Shown piece by piece: positions 22,601 through 37,600 of a DNA stretch of 64,000 nt (the stretch's first letter is position 1; every line of letters begins with the position of its first letter). The stretch covers positions 5,766,001 through 5,830,000 of the forward strand of contig NW_027139442.1 in the NCBI RefSeq assembly GCF_035084215.1, given 5' to 3'. This stretch comes from Heptranchias perlo (lineage: Eukaryota). The notes under the pieces are model-generated. The model did no database searches, was not told the origin of the DNA, and saw nothing but the letters and a program-made list of their open reading frames with translations. Both the position numbers and the translations under genes were made by a program.

Positions 22601-25600
22601 CGGAAACTCAACTGGACCAACCACATAAATGGTGTGATTATCAGAGTAGATTCGACGCTGGGTATTCTGCAGTAAGTGGCTCACCTCTTGATTCCCCAAA
22701 GCCTATCTGCTGTAAGGAAATATTGGTTAAGGTATTATGGGGAACCAGGCGCGAAAGGGTTAATTAGTCAAGGCTTTAACTGAAACTACTGCACCATAAC
22801 ATAGATTGCTTTTAAATTAACGTACTGCAGCTGCAGGCACTAAAAATTATCAAAACCATGTCATTTCAAACTAAGGGAGGGACATAACGGCACCCCCACT
22901 CCTTCAGGCTTACTGGAATGCTGAAGTTAACTGGTTACCTTAAAGGCCTATAGAGGGATTTATCAACTGCAGGGATTGAGGAACATTGTGTTAAAGATAA
23001 GGGGCTGGAGGGTGCACAAGACGCAATCCTTTCTTGGCAATTACGTGTTGTCCATACGATTTGGTAAATTAAAGGGAGTATTTTGGAAAAGACCTGATTG
23101 GGTGTATGTTCCCGCAGTTCCGTTTATTGGAGTATAATTGTTAGTCTGGGCTTTTGTTAAGTGCAGGGAACAGTATAGAAAGTACAAGGCGGGAAACGAG
23201 AACGAGAGTACGTGAAGGAACGAACAGGGAACGAGGTCGCAGCTTCTACCCAAAGGACAACGGGGTAATACAATTCTCAATTGTGTTTTGTAAACGACTG
23301 CTGAAACACTGTGATGTATTGATTCTTGCTTGTACTCAGTAAAGTCACATGGCTATTAACCATTATGGTGTCAGTCTCGAAGAATTGAGCAGAGAGTCAA
23401 ATTGACTACACTGCCACCAACAAGGTGGCAGGAGTGTGATGGAATTCTCTTCACTTGCCTGGGCGGGTACAGCTGCAAATAGACTCAAGAAGCTCGACAG
23501 CACAACGCGGACCGCTTGATCGGCAGTCCATTCACTACCTCAACCATCCACTCCCTGCATCACTGGTGCACCGTGGCTGCAGTATTTACTCTCTACAGGA
23601 TAGACTGCAGCACCTTCCTAACTCGCGACCTCCACCATCAGTCAAGACAAGTGTCGAATCGCTATGGGAACACCATCACCTCCAAGTTCCCCTCCAAGTC
23701 AAACACCCTTCCGAACTCCCTCCCTAACAGCACTGCGGGAATACCTTGTCAACATGGACTGCATGGTTCAAGAAAAAGGCTCACCACCACCTTGTCAATG
23801 GCTACTATAAATGGGCAATAAACGCCGGCGTTTCAAGCGATACACACATCCTGAAGAATGATCAAAAATTCAAGTCCACAAGCCTGTAACTCATTCATCT
23901 GAAATGTGAATCCCCATGGATTAGCAGAGATTTTCACTCTTTTAAATCACGTTTGCAACTCAGATAAATTAGCGGAATTGTGAATGTGGGACAAACGCAT
24001 TTTCCTTGTTCCATTCATATCCTGGTGTGAATTTTTTGGGCTGTATCCTTTCTTTGGGACTGGAATCCCTGATTTCTTTTGTTTCTTATTTCCGTTTCAG
24101 TCAGCTCATGAAATTGTGAATTCCCCTTTTGTAGAATCTCAGTTCCCAATGCAAACACTTCCCTTCAACACAATCGGTATTGAGTTACCAACCTTCCACG
24201 ACATGTGGCAATTCACAGCTCTTGGCCTTATTTTTCTTTCCATTAATTTTACCACAGACTCGGTTTATCTAATGGGCTCTGCATTAGCAAGTTATATATT
24301 ATCTGTTCCCCTGGCATCTCTCTCGCTACTGAGTTCGAAGGCGGTGGGTATAAGGTCAACTCCAAGACGTTAGAACCTAAGCCACGTTGAATATTGATTG
24401 TAGTGGAAGGCCAGGCTGCAGTGTGAAAGTAAACGTTAAATCGAGGCACTACCTGCCCGTTTAGCAGAACAGGAAAGAACCGGTGGGCAACATTTAGCCC
24501 TCAACCAATACGGTCAAAATGAATGAACCGATTATTCTCTCATTGCTGTTCGTGTTAACTGGGTACCGCGTTTACAACAGTGACCACACTTCACCGGCTG
24601 TGACATGCTTTGGCACATTTTGAAGAAGCAAAAGCCGCTATCTGATTATCTTTCTATTTACACTGCTGATTTCTGGTTAGAAAATACTTGGGGTTACCTA
24701 AATATCTGCATGAAATGCTTCGGCCGTCAAATTTCGTCTGAAATTTGCCCTGGTTGGTATCGTAAGATGGGCGATAACTATCGGCAGCCAATTTTACACT
24801 CCGCCCAATTTTGCACTCCGCCCAATTTTCATTTCAAGTCACTTCAATGCTGGATAATAGGGGACAATTTCGACTCCCGTATAAGGCTAAGTTCACCGCA
24901 CACATAGATATAAATTAACATCGGAGTTACAGTGAATGCTGATCTCTATAAATGAGACTAATCCCACCCTACACTTGGATATATATTAGCATAGAGGTTA
25001 CAGTGAGTGCTGGTCTCCAGTAACGATACTATTCTCACCCTACACTTGGATCTATATTAACATTGGGGTGACAGTGAATGCTGGTCTCTATTAATGGGAC
25101 TAATCTCACCCTACACTTGGATATATATTAGCATAGGGGTTACAGTGAGTGCGGGTCTCTATTAACGATACTATTCTCACCCTACACTTGGATATATCGT
25201 AACATCGGTGTTACAGTGACTGCTATAAATGCTTTCACCGGCAGTAAACGGTCAGCCTATGTGTTCAGGTCCGTTTGTTACAGAGACCATGAGCTGAGCG
25301 CCGAGACGTTGAACATGCAACACTGAGATATTTATACAAAGATTATTTTTTGAAAATATAAAGAGCGTTGAACAGATATATTAACAATCTCTCCTCTCCT
25401 TCCCTCACCTGCTATAGTGACTGTCACAGCCTCACTCAGCGGGGACCAGAATCGCCTTCTTTTGACGACGGTTCTATATTTGCATTGGTACCGCCCTCCT
25501 TGGTTTGAACTGGTAACCGTGAATGTTCCAATGTTGCCCTTGGTGAAGAATTGGCGAGATGTCAGCAGTTGATTATTTCTGTAAAAGTAGATTTTACCGC

Positions 25601-28600
25601 GATATTCTCTGTTGACGTTGCAGGTAATGGTAACCGTCCCTCCTTTCAAATACACCCCAATCGATTGATCAAGAGACATCCGCGGCCGTGTGATTGGATC
25701 TGTGGTAAAATAGATAGAACCAGCAATGAGAAATTGACCTGTTGATATTTTCGTGCGCGGGAATGTTGGTATCACAGTAACGATTCCGCTATGATCAAGG
25801 GAAATGTTACATCGGGGCCTGGGGTTCCACAAAAGAGTAATTCGCGACTTCATCAGTGGAATGAAATGGATGCGTGACTAAAAAGAAATCAGCTGGGGTT
25901 TCTATTTGTAAAATCACATTTTATCCCAGAAATTGCTCTCTGTGATACAAGCGGAACAAGCGTTGATTTCAATTCCCATTGATGCTGATATAGCAGCATC
26001 TCAAACGCAATTAACAAGAGTACACGCCAACGCTAAACTGTGGGAAGTCACATTTCAAATAAAGCTTGGAAATGTTGGTGGGCTAGAATTTTAATTCTCA
26101 TGTTTCGGTGTGTTTGTTATGCTGCAAAAGTCGGCATTTACTGCCCATCCTTAGGTGCCCTTGAGAAGGTGATCGTCGACCCTCTTCTTGCACCGCTTTA
26201 GCCCGAGTGGCAAAGGTACTCCCTCACTGTTGTTCGATAGTGTGTTCCACGATTTTGAACCAGCAACAATGAAGGAATGGCGATATTTGTCTAAGTCAGG
26301 ATGGTGAGTGACTTGGAAGGCAACGGCAGTGATGGTGTTCCCATGCCCCTGCTGCCCTTCTCGGTGGTGGAAGTCACGGATTTAAGAGGTGCTGCCGAAA
26401 TGCAATCAAGTGAGAGATATGGAAAACTACAGCATAACTGATTTGAAGTATTCTGCAAAGCAGTATCACGGTGAAAGTCTCAGCAGGCAGTTTCGGTTAA
26501 CTGTCAGCGAAATTGGTAATATGTCAAGACCAGCCAGTCTGGCGGTACCTCGTGAGGTGACGCTACAGTCGGTGGAGCTAAAAGACTGGCGACGTGCTGT
26601 CATTGTGGCATTAAACATTTCGCCCTGCTAGTTCAGATATGTAAGGCATAAAATTGGAAATCATGACCATAGATGTGTAATAACATCACATCACCTCCAT
26701 TTACACATTAAGGAGGGCGTATGTTGACATTGTGCCTTATCAGGGATTTTGGACCAACGGCTGAAAGGAAGACTCATTTCTGGGATGCAGTTTTTCCTCA
26801 GTACTGAACTAAAGGGGACATGTTAACCGGAACCGCCCAGTGGGAATGGGACGGGATCGAACGGCCGGCCATTTTACACTCTGCCCATTAAAGTTAACGG
26901 AGGGTAAAATCGGGCGAAGTGTAAAACGGGTGGCCGACCCGAACCTGCCCCCTTTGCCGTCTTTGAGAGTTAGTTAAAAATAACCCTCCTTCCCTTCTTG
27001 GGAACTGAGCTCAAGACTTGGTTGAGATTGAAGACACAAAATTCTGCCTTAGGCGGTGACATTGCGTCAATGAAAAAGAACATTCGGCGAAGTGTAACAT
27101 GCTTCTGCATACCCTGGCACCAGTTTTGCGCTACCACTTAAGATGGATTTCATCCCACACTTGGATACAATAACATGGGGGTCAAAGTGACTGCTTCCCT
27201 CTGTTGATGCTTTCACAGGCGGCTAGCCTGTGTGTTCTGGACCCATTGTTACAGAGACCCTGTCAAGGGATGAACTCAGAAACACTCTCTGCCAATAATA
27301 AACACTGTTACATTGAAAGAAGTATATAATTCTGGAAATACCAAGAATGTTGAATAGACTGCCCTAAAATCTTTGTTCCCATTCACTCACCTGTTATAGT
27401 TACCGTTACAGACTCGCTAAGCTGGGATTCTAACCATCTTGTTTTGGCATAGATTCCATACTTGCATTGGTACATCCCTCCTCGGGTTGGACCGGTAACG
27501 GTGAAGGTTACAGTATTGTCCTTTGCGAAGAGCTGACGAGACCACAGCACTTGATTATCTCTGTAAATGTAGATTTGACCACGACATTCTCCGGCCACAG
27601 TGCAGGTTATGGTGACCGTTTCTCCTTCTAAATACACCCCAGTCGGTTGATCAAGTGATATCTCTGGCGGTGTTAGCGGATCTGTGGTAAAATCAATGGA
27701 AATAACAATTCGAAATGGAACTGTGTATTTTCATGTACAGTTCAACATTGGTGACTCAGTAAGGATGGCGGTTTGTTGAAGGGAAGTGTTTGCATAATTT
27801 CTGAGATTCCACAAAAAAAGGGAATTCGCGATTTCCTTTCCTCAATCAGTGGAAGTGCGAAAGTAAAGAAATCAGCTGGTGGTTCTATTTCGAAAATCAG
27901 CGCTTGGCCCAGAAATTGCTCTTTGCGATACGAGCAGAACACGGAAAATGCATTGATTTGAATTCCCCTGTTCTGTTAATTTAGCCGAGCTGCAAACTCG
28001 ATTAGAGACAGTGAATGGAGTAGATTTAGATTTTGTGCGTTAGTGTAAGATGAATGCTAACGGGACGGCATTCAATTTTACATCTCGGCCGATTTGACTG
28101 CAATGGGAATGAAAATCGGGAGTGATGTAAAACAGGATTGATGATTCGCTTTCACCCGTTTTACAATATCGCGCAAAATCAAAATCTCCCCCAATGTATC
28201 CGCTAAGCCGTCGTGATTCGCTCTTAAAATAAAGGAGTTAAGTGTTGGTGGACTCGAAATTAATTTTATATAATTGTTTCCGATGTGGGCGTTTCCGCTG
28301 CCCATCCCGAGTTGCCTTTGTGAAGATAGTGGTGGGTCTTCTTAATGAGTCGCTGCAGCCTGTGTAGTGAGGAGACTCCCACAATGCTGTTTGGGAGAGA
28401 GTCTCAGGATATTGATCCAGCAATAATAATGGAACGGTTATATAAGTCCAAGTCGGGATGTTGCTTGATAACGTTCCTGTGAAGCGATTCGGGACATTAT
28501 TACTCCGTTAAAGGCGGTGTATAAATGCAAGTTTTTGTTATTGTTGTGACGCTACGTTCAGCGCAGTTGAGATCTTGGCGATGTGCCATCATTGTGGCAT

Positions 28601-31600
28601 TGAACTGTTCTGTCTGCTAGTTCGGGCATGTAAGGAGTAAAATTGGAAATTAGGAACATAGATGTGTAATAATATCACACAATCTGCTTTTATCCTTCAA
28701 CAAGGTCTTACGTTGCACTTCATCAGGTGTCTCCTGCCAATGGCTGTCAGGAAGATTCATCTCTGGAATGCAGCATTTCATCAGTACTCACCAAAATGGG
28801 GCAATTTTAACTTAAACCACCCGGCGGAAACAGAGTGGGTTCAGTCGGCCGACGATTTTGCACTTGGCCCGATTTTATGCACCACTAGAATGGTTGGAGG
28901 GTAAAATCGAGCGGAGCGTAAAACTGGTGACCAACCTGAAAAGGGCTCCAGGTTCGGATAATAACCACCGAAGGATAATTAAAGAGATGGGGCAGGCGCT
29001 CTGTGAGCTCCGTGAACCTGTCTTCAGTAGTTCAATAAAGTTAGGGAAAGTTGCCTTAGATTGGAAGTTAGCCCATGTAGTTCATGTTTACAAAAAATGG
29101 GTCAAATGAGAGCCAGCGAACAACAGGCCCATCGGCCTGACATCCATTATCAGGAAAATACTAGAAGGAATCGTAAGAGGTGTCCTTCGTGATCACTGGG
29201 AAAGAGAAGGGGCCATTAGACATCTACAACACGGCTTCCTGGAAAGTAAGTCGTGCCTTACAAATTTGATTGAGTTTTTTGAGGATGTTACCAGGGTATT
29301 GGATGAGGGAAATCCAGTACGCATTATCTATCTGGATTTTCAGAAAGCCTTTGTTCAGCACTCCTGATATGAAGTTACTTCACAAGATAGGATCTTGTCA
29401 TATCAGTTGGAATTTGATACGGTGGATCAGCAATTGGCTCCTGGAGGCAAGTTACAAGTTTGGTTTCCAAGGGATCGCTACTATGCCCGCTACTGTTCAC
29501 GGTCTTCCTTAATGACCTGGGCAGCGGTGTTGCGATTATGGTCAGTAAGTTTGCAAATAATACAAAATCTGTAAAATGGTTAAGGCAGTACAGGAATGCA
29601 ATCAACTGAAAAGAGATTTAGATGCGCTTGTGGACTCGGTCACACAATGACAAATGATATTTATTAATAGGACCACAGCTCTTTTTGATATATATATTAA
29701 TGACCTGGACTTGGGTAAACAGGGTATAATTTAAGATTTTCAGGAGACACGAAAGATAGGAAATGTAGTAAACAATTTGGAGGGTTGTAACAGACTTCAG
29801 GAGGTCATAGGCAGACTGGTGAAATGAGCAGACCCATGGCAGATGAAATTTAACGCAGAGAAGTGTGAAGTGATACATTTTGGGAGGAAGAATGAGGAAA
29901 GGCAACATAAACTAGATGGTACAATTTTAAAGGGGATGCAGGAAAGGAGAGACCTGGGGATGCACATTAACAAATCTTTCAGAGTGGTAGGACAAGTTGA
30001 GATGGCTGCTAAAAAAGCATATGTTTATACTGGGCTTTATTAATAGAGACATAGAGTTCAAGAACAAGGAAATTATGCTAAACCTTTCTAAAATACTGGC
30101 TAGGCCTCAGTTTGAGTACTATGTTCAATTCTGGGCACCACACATTAGGAAGGATGTCAAAGCCTAAGAGAGGGTAAAGAAGAGTTTTACTAGAATGCTA
30201 CCAGGGATGAAGGACTTCAGTTATGTGGAGAGATTGGAATAGCTGTGGTTCTTCTCCTTAGATCAGAGAAGGTTAAGAGGAGATTTGAAAGAGGTTTTCA
30301 AATTCATGAATGGCTTTGCTAGAGTAAATAAAGAGGAAATGCTTCTATTGGCAGGATGGTCGGTAACCAGAGCACACAGATTTAAGGTGATCGGCAAAGA
30401 GCCAGAGCGAGATGAGGAATATTGTTTTACACAGCGAGTTATAAAAATCTACAATGCACTGCCTGAAAGGGCGGTGGAAGCACATTCAATTGTAACATTC
30501 AAAATGGAATTAGTTAAATACTTGAAGAGAAAAAAATATGCGATGGTGAAAGAGCAGGGAATGTGATTAATGGACAGCTCTTTCTAAGAGCCGGGAGAGG
30601 GACGATGTACCTACTATGATAAAATGCACGGTGCTCTACCTACTATGATACTATGAACGGAGATCAATGTGATGTCCTGCACGTTCGTACGTCCAACACA
30701 GAATAAGCGCATCATTTGCAGGGAACAATACTGAAAGAGGTTGAGAGAGAAAAGTATCTAGGTGTCATTGTACACAGATCACTGAAGGTTGATGACCAAT
30801 GTAGAGAATCTGTAGCTAAAGCTAAAATGGTATTGGGTTCTGTTAATACCACACAACTCCATATTTGTGGATAAACCTCTCCAAAATAAATCAAGGGCTG
30901 AATAGCGTGCCTATTGATAGATTATTCCAGCTTAACAGATTGGGGATATGAAATGAAACTACGCAAGTGTAGAAATAGATAGGATGTCAGGCAGTTCTTT
31001 TTCCATAGTTTAGTGAGCCCCTGGTGAGGTGGTTGTTGACTCTTTGCACGACATAAAGCAAGCTGGACCGCTTCTTGACTCGGGCAGAAATCGCACCTAT
31101 ATAAGGTAAGTGACTTTATAGATACCATTTGTTCCATGTGATCTCCTGTCTGGTTTCGACCGCCTCACTGGATCAAAGGGGAATTTTTTAGAGTATTTTT
31201 CCCTTATCGGCCCTGAATATTCATCTGTTTTTGTCTCTCCCCGGAGATGACACAGCTGCAAGGGCGGGATCGTAATGTTCCAGCCATAATGAATGTGGGT
31301 CAGGCAAGATGGACCAGATAGAGTTAGGTGAATAGACTGGGGGGAGGCTCGTGAGGAGCATAAACATAGAAAATAGGACACATAGAAACATAGAAAATAG
31401 GAGCAAGATCAGGCCGTTCGGCCCTTATGACCTATTCCGCCTTTCAAAATGATCATTGCTGATTGTCTAACTCAGTATCCTGTTCCCGATTTTTCCCCAG
31501 ATCCCTTGATCCCTTTAGCATTAAGGCGTATATTTATCTCCTTCTTGAATACATCTAATGAATTGGTCTCCAATGCCTACTGTGATAGAGAATTCCACAG

Positions 31601-34600
31601 GTTCGCGACGCACTGAGTGAAGAAATTTCTCCTTATCGCTGTTCTAAATGGAATACCCCGTATCCTGAGACTGTGACCCCTGGTTCTGGAATCCACAGCC
31701 ATCGGGAACATCCTCCCGGCGTCTAGTCTGTCTAGTCCTGTCAGAATTTGGTATGTTTCAATGAGATCACCTCTCATTCTTCCAAACTCGAGTGAATACC
31801 GGTCTAGTCGATCCAATCTCTCCTCATACGTCAGTCCTGCCATTCCAGGAATCAATCTGATAAACCTTCGTTGCACTCCCTCCATGGCAAGGACATCCTT
31901 CCTCGGATGAGGAGAACAAAACTGCACACAATACTCCAGATGTGGTCTCACCAAGGCCCTGTATAACTGCAGTAAGACATACCTGCTCCTGCACACAATC
32001 CTCTTGCAATGAAGGCCATCGCCCATTTCGGCCGAATGTCCTTTCTCTATGCTTTACTTTCTATGTAATTCTATGTCGTTCAATATCATTCTATCTAAGT
32101 TGTAAGCTGCCCCTTTTTTGCCTTTACCAGTTATCCAAAATAACAATATTTGTCTCCTTGTGATCTGAGCCCAAGACTTGGCTGGGATGGAATTCACATA
32201 ATTCTGCCTTAGTCGGGTATAAATTGGTCTTGACTGGTAGCGTGAGTTAATTAGAAAGTTAAATCAGGCAGAGTGTAATATGGGCTGCAATCCGCAACCA
32301 CACGGTTTGCACTACAGCCGAAGCCAAATATCACCCTACACTTGGATATAGTAAGAAAGGAGTCAATGAGAATGCTTGTTTCTATTAATGTTTTCGGAGG
32401 CAGTAAACGGTCAGGATGTGTGTTCAGGACCCATTGTTACAGGGATCCTGTCAGGAGCTGAGCTCAAGGACCTTCTCTGTGAGTATTAAACACTATTATA
32501 TCAAAACAATATGAAATTTTGAAAATAACAAGTGTATTGAACAGATATATTAACAATCTCTGTCCCCTTCACTTACGTGCTATAGTGACCGTCACAGCCT
32601 TGCTGAACTGGGATTCCAACCACCTTGTTTTGACAGAGGTTCCATATTTGCATTGGTACCGTCCTCCTTGTTTTTTACTGGTAACCGTCAATATTCCAAC
32701 GTTGTCCTTTGCGAAGAATTGGCGAGAGGACAGCAGTTCATTATTTCTGTAAAAGTAGATTTTATCGCCATATTCTTTGTTCACGGTGCAGGTAATAGCG
32801 ACCGTCTCTCCTTCTAAATATACCCCAGTCGATTGATCAAGAGATATCTCTGGTGGTATCAGCGGATCTGTGGTAAAATCAATGGAAAGAACAGTTAGGA
32901 ATGGATCTGAGGATTTTCATGTACAGTGAAAGGTTGATAACTCAATAACGGTTGCGTTGTGTCGAAGGAATTTGTTTGCATCGAGAATAAAATTCTACCA
33001 AGGGGGAATTCACGATTTCATTCGCGCAATCAGCGAAATTGCGAAAGTAAAAAAAAAAATCGGCGGGATATCTATTTCCAACATCTGGGTTTAGGCCTGA
33101 AATTGCACTCTGGGATACGAGCAAAACAAGGAAAATGTGTTGAATTCAAATTGCAATTTCTGCTGATTTAGCCGAGCTGCAAACCCAATTAAAAAGAACG
33201 AATGGGGTAGATTTTGATTTTGTGCGGTGCTGTAAAGCGGGAGATGGCGAGTCAGAAACCCATTTTACATCTCTCCCCATTTGAACAGTGCAAAGTTGGT
33301 GATGGCGAGTCGGAAGCCCATTTTACACCTCTCCCCATTTCTATAGTGTAAAGCGGTGATGGCGAGTCGGAAGCCCATTTTACATCTCTCCCATTTGTAC
33401 AGTGTAAAGCGGGTAATTACGAGTCGGAAGCCGATTTTACATCTATCCCCATTTGTGCAGTGCACAGCGGGAGATGGCGAGTCAGAAGCACATTTTACAT
33501 CTATCCCCATTTGTGCAGTGTAAAGCGGGAGATGGCGAGTCAGAAGCCCATTTTATATCTCTCCCCATTTGTATGGTGTAAAGCGGGTGATGGCGAGTCG
33601 AAAGCCCATTTTACATCTCTCCCCATTTGTACAGTGTAAAGCGGGTAATTGCGAGTCGGAAGCCCATTTTACATCTCTCCCCATTTGTACAGTGTAAAGC
33701 GGGTAATTGCGAGTCGGAAGCCCATTTTACATCTCTCCCCATTTGTACAGTGTAAAGCGGGTGATGGCGAGTCGGAAGCCCATTTTCCATCTCTCCCATT
33801 TGTACAGTGTAAAACGAGTGATGGCGAGTCGGAAGCCCATTTTCCATCTTTCCCCATTTGTACAGTGTAAAGCGGGTGATGGCGAGTCGGAAGCCCATTT
33901 TACTTCGTTCCCCATGTGTACAGTGTAAAGCGGGTGATGGCGAGGCGGAAGCCCATTTTACATCTCTCCCCATTTGACTTCAATGGAAATAGAAATAGAG
34001 AGTTCTGTCAAACGGGATTGCTGATTGGCTTTCACCCGTTTTACTTTGTCGCACAAAGTCTAGATCGACCCCAATATCTCCGTTAAACCGTGGAGACTCG
34101 CTTTAAAAATAAATGTTAAATGTTGGTGCAATTGAAATTACTTTTAAAAAATCATTCAATGGGATGTGGGCGTTGCTGGAAAGGCCGCAATTTTGTCCAT
34201 CATCGGATGCTCTTGACAAAGTGGTGGTGGGTCTTATTCTTTATATGCAGGCTTCTGAAAAGTGAAGGTGCTCCCACAATGATGTCACGTAGGGAGTTCC
34301 AGGATTTTGACCCAGCGACCATGAAGGGATGATGATATATGTCCAAGTCAGGATGGTGTGAGACTTGGAGCGGGACTCGAGGGTGATGGTGTTCCCACGC
34401 ACATGCTGCACTTGTCCATCTTGTTAGTGCAGGTCGCGGGTTTGGGAGGAGCTGCCGGACAGCAATCCAGTCAGAGACATGGAAAGTCGCAATAGAATTA
34501 AGTTTAAATATTCCGCATTAAGGACTATTTTGAAAATCTCCGCATGCAGATCTAATAGAAAAATGTAAAGCGACAAGGCCAGTCAATCTGAGAGGGTGAC

Positions 34601-37600
34601 GCGACAGTCAGTGGATTTAAAATACTGACGATTTGCTATCATTGTGGCATTAAACTGTTCAGTCTGATAGTTCAGATACATGAGAGATAACACTGGAAAT
34701 CAGGAAGATGGATGAGCATCAATATCACACAGCCTGCAGTTATCTTTTGAAGTTCTTGTGTTCACATCGCTCCTGATCGGGTATCTCGGGCCAACGGCTG
34801 AAAGGAGGACTCATCTCTGGAATGTAGAATTCCCTCAGTAATGAGCTAAAATGGGCAATTTTAACCTGACCTTTCCGGAAGGAACGGCACGATTTCAGTC
34901 GACGGCTGGTATTAAACTCCGCATAAATCTCAGCTCCATTAAAGAAAATGGAGTTTAAAATTGGGCGAACTGTAAATTAGATGGCTGACCGAAGCGGTCC
35001 TTTTACCACCGGGGGGGCCTAAGTAATCAAACCAATTGTTACCTTGGGGTCTGACCTCAAGGTTTGTTTGGGGTTGGAGCAAAAAATTGTGACAATGGGG
35101 TAGAAACCCGTCTTTGGTGTTGGGCTATTCGGGCGGTAGCGTTTCAGCAGCCCAGTGGAAAAAGCAATAGGGTGGAATGTAACACGTGCTGCTGATATAT
35201 TAACATCTATGTTCCTATTCACTTACCTGCTACAGTTAACCAAACAGCCTCACTGGGCTGGGACAGGAATCGTCTTGTTGTGACAGAGGTTCCATATTGG
35301 CATTGGTACAGCCCTCCTTGTTTTGTACTGGTAAGCAGCAATGTACCAATATTGTCCTTTGTGAAGAGTTGACGAGAGGACAGTGGTTGATTTTCTTTGT
35401 AAAAGTAGACTTGACCGCGATACTCTCTTTTCACGGTGCAGGTCATAGTGACCGTCTCTCCTTCTAAATACACTCCAGTCGATTGATCAAAAGTTATCGC
35501 TGGCTTTGTAAGCGGGTCTGTGGTAAAATAAATGGATCGAACAATTAGAAATGGATCTGTGGATTTTCATGTGTAGTGAAAGGTCTGTTACACAATATCG
35601 ATTTTACTGTGTTCAAGGAAATTGGTTGCATCGGGGACGGAGATTCTACAAATGGGGAATTCGCAACGTCATGAGCGAAAACAAATAGAAATGGGAAAGA
35701 AAATAAATTAGCTGGGGTTCTATTTCCAAAATCAGTTTTCGTCCCAGATATTTCTCTCATAAGGTGAGGATAAAGTGATTGAAGTTAAAAACCTGTCCAC
35801 GTGCTGTCATTACCGCATTAAATATTTCGCCCTGATAGTTCAGACATGTCGGGGATAAAATCGGTCTTTGATGGTAGCGTAAAATGGACGGCAATGTAAC
35901 GGCAGCCTGTTCCACACTCCTACTTATATGATAAGGAAAATTGGCCCTGCCTAAAACGTGAGGCCGATTTGCTATGGCCGTTTTTCCGCTACCAGCGAGG
36001 ATGAATTTCACGTATATTTTCAAGGCGTGAGCGGCCATCAAGTAACATCCGATTATCTTAGAGTGATAGGAATTGAAACTTACCCACTACCGTGACCTTC
36101 ACTGTATCACTTCGCTCTGACATCATCTCCCGCTCTGACACTGTATTTTTATATACACAGAAGTAATCTTCTGAACCGGCCCCCAAATGGTTCGTGATGT
36201 CAAAGGTGACAGCGGATTGCGATGACTGGGCTGTGTCCGTTTCGACTGGTGTATTTTGGCCTCTTCTGTACAAATAGAAACTGCTGCCTAAATATGGAGA
36301 CCGTGATTCACAAGTAACCGTGGCCACTTCTCCTGTCACAAATACTTTATCCCGACGGTTAAGAGATAGTGACGGTTTGAGAGGGTAAGCTGTAAACACA
36401 AAAAGGTAACACATTAATGTTAATTACAGGAAAACATACGGGACTAATTATAACCTATCCCGCCGCCTTGAAATGGGTTAGTTCGGGCCGGGCACCCGTT
36501 TTACAGTTCGCACCATCTGTTAGCACAGATTAGAATCGGTCGGGTGTAAAACGATCGATCCACCCGATCCTGTTAGCTTTCGGCCTGGCTGGAAAGGGCA
36601 AAACAGCGTTACGAGACAGCAACTGTACTCATTCCTACATCCGGACTGCAGGTCCAATATTAGAATATAATTCCTTTCCTTCCTACATTCCGGACTGCAG
36701 GTCCAATATTAGAATGTAATTCCTTTCCTTCCTACATTCCGGACTGCAGGTCCAATATTAGAATGTAATTACTTTCCTTCCTACGTTCCGGACTGCAGGT
36801 CCAATATTAGAATGTAATTCCTTTCCTTCCTACATTCTGATCTGCAGGTCCAATATTAGAATGTAATTCCTTTCCTTCCTACATTCCGGACTGCAGGTCC
36901 AATACTAGAATGTAATTCCTTTCCTTCCTACATTCCGGACTGCAGGTCCAATATTAGAATGTAATTCCTTTCCTTCCTACATTCCGGACTGCAGGTCCAA
37001 TATTACAATGTAATTCCTTTCCTTCCTACATTCCGGACTGCAGGTCCAATATTAGAATGTAATTCCTTTCCTTCCTACATTCTGATCTGCAGGTCCAATA
37101 TTAGAATGTAATTCCTTTCCTTCCTACATTCCGGAATGCAGGCCCAATATTAGAATGTATTTCCTTTCCTTCCTACATTCTGAGCTGCAGCTCCAATATT
37201 AGAATGTAATGCCTTTCCTACCGACATTCCGGACTGCAGGTCCAATATTAGAATGTAATTCCTTTCCTTCCTACATTCTGATCTGCAGGTCCAATATTAG
37301 AATGTAATTCCTTTCCTTCCTACATTCCGGACTGCAGGCCCAATATTAGAATGTAATTCCTTTCCTTCCTACATTCTGATCTGCAGCTCCAATATTAGAA
37401 TGTAATGCCTTTCCTTCCTACACTTCGGACGGCAGTTCCAATATTAGAATGTAATCCCTTTCCTTTCTACATTCCGGACTGCAGGTCCAATACTAGAATG
37501 TAATTCCTTTCCTTCCTACTTTCCGGACTGCAGGTCCAATCTCACAATGTAATTCCTTTCCTTCCTACATTCCGGACTGCAGTTCCAATATTAGAATGTA

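Noticed and set aside
33265-33973. Repetitive ORFs (MGRDVKWASDSPSPALHC...)
   Set aside because: Translations of the 58-bp minisatellite in several frames, with no splice or domain support
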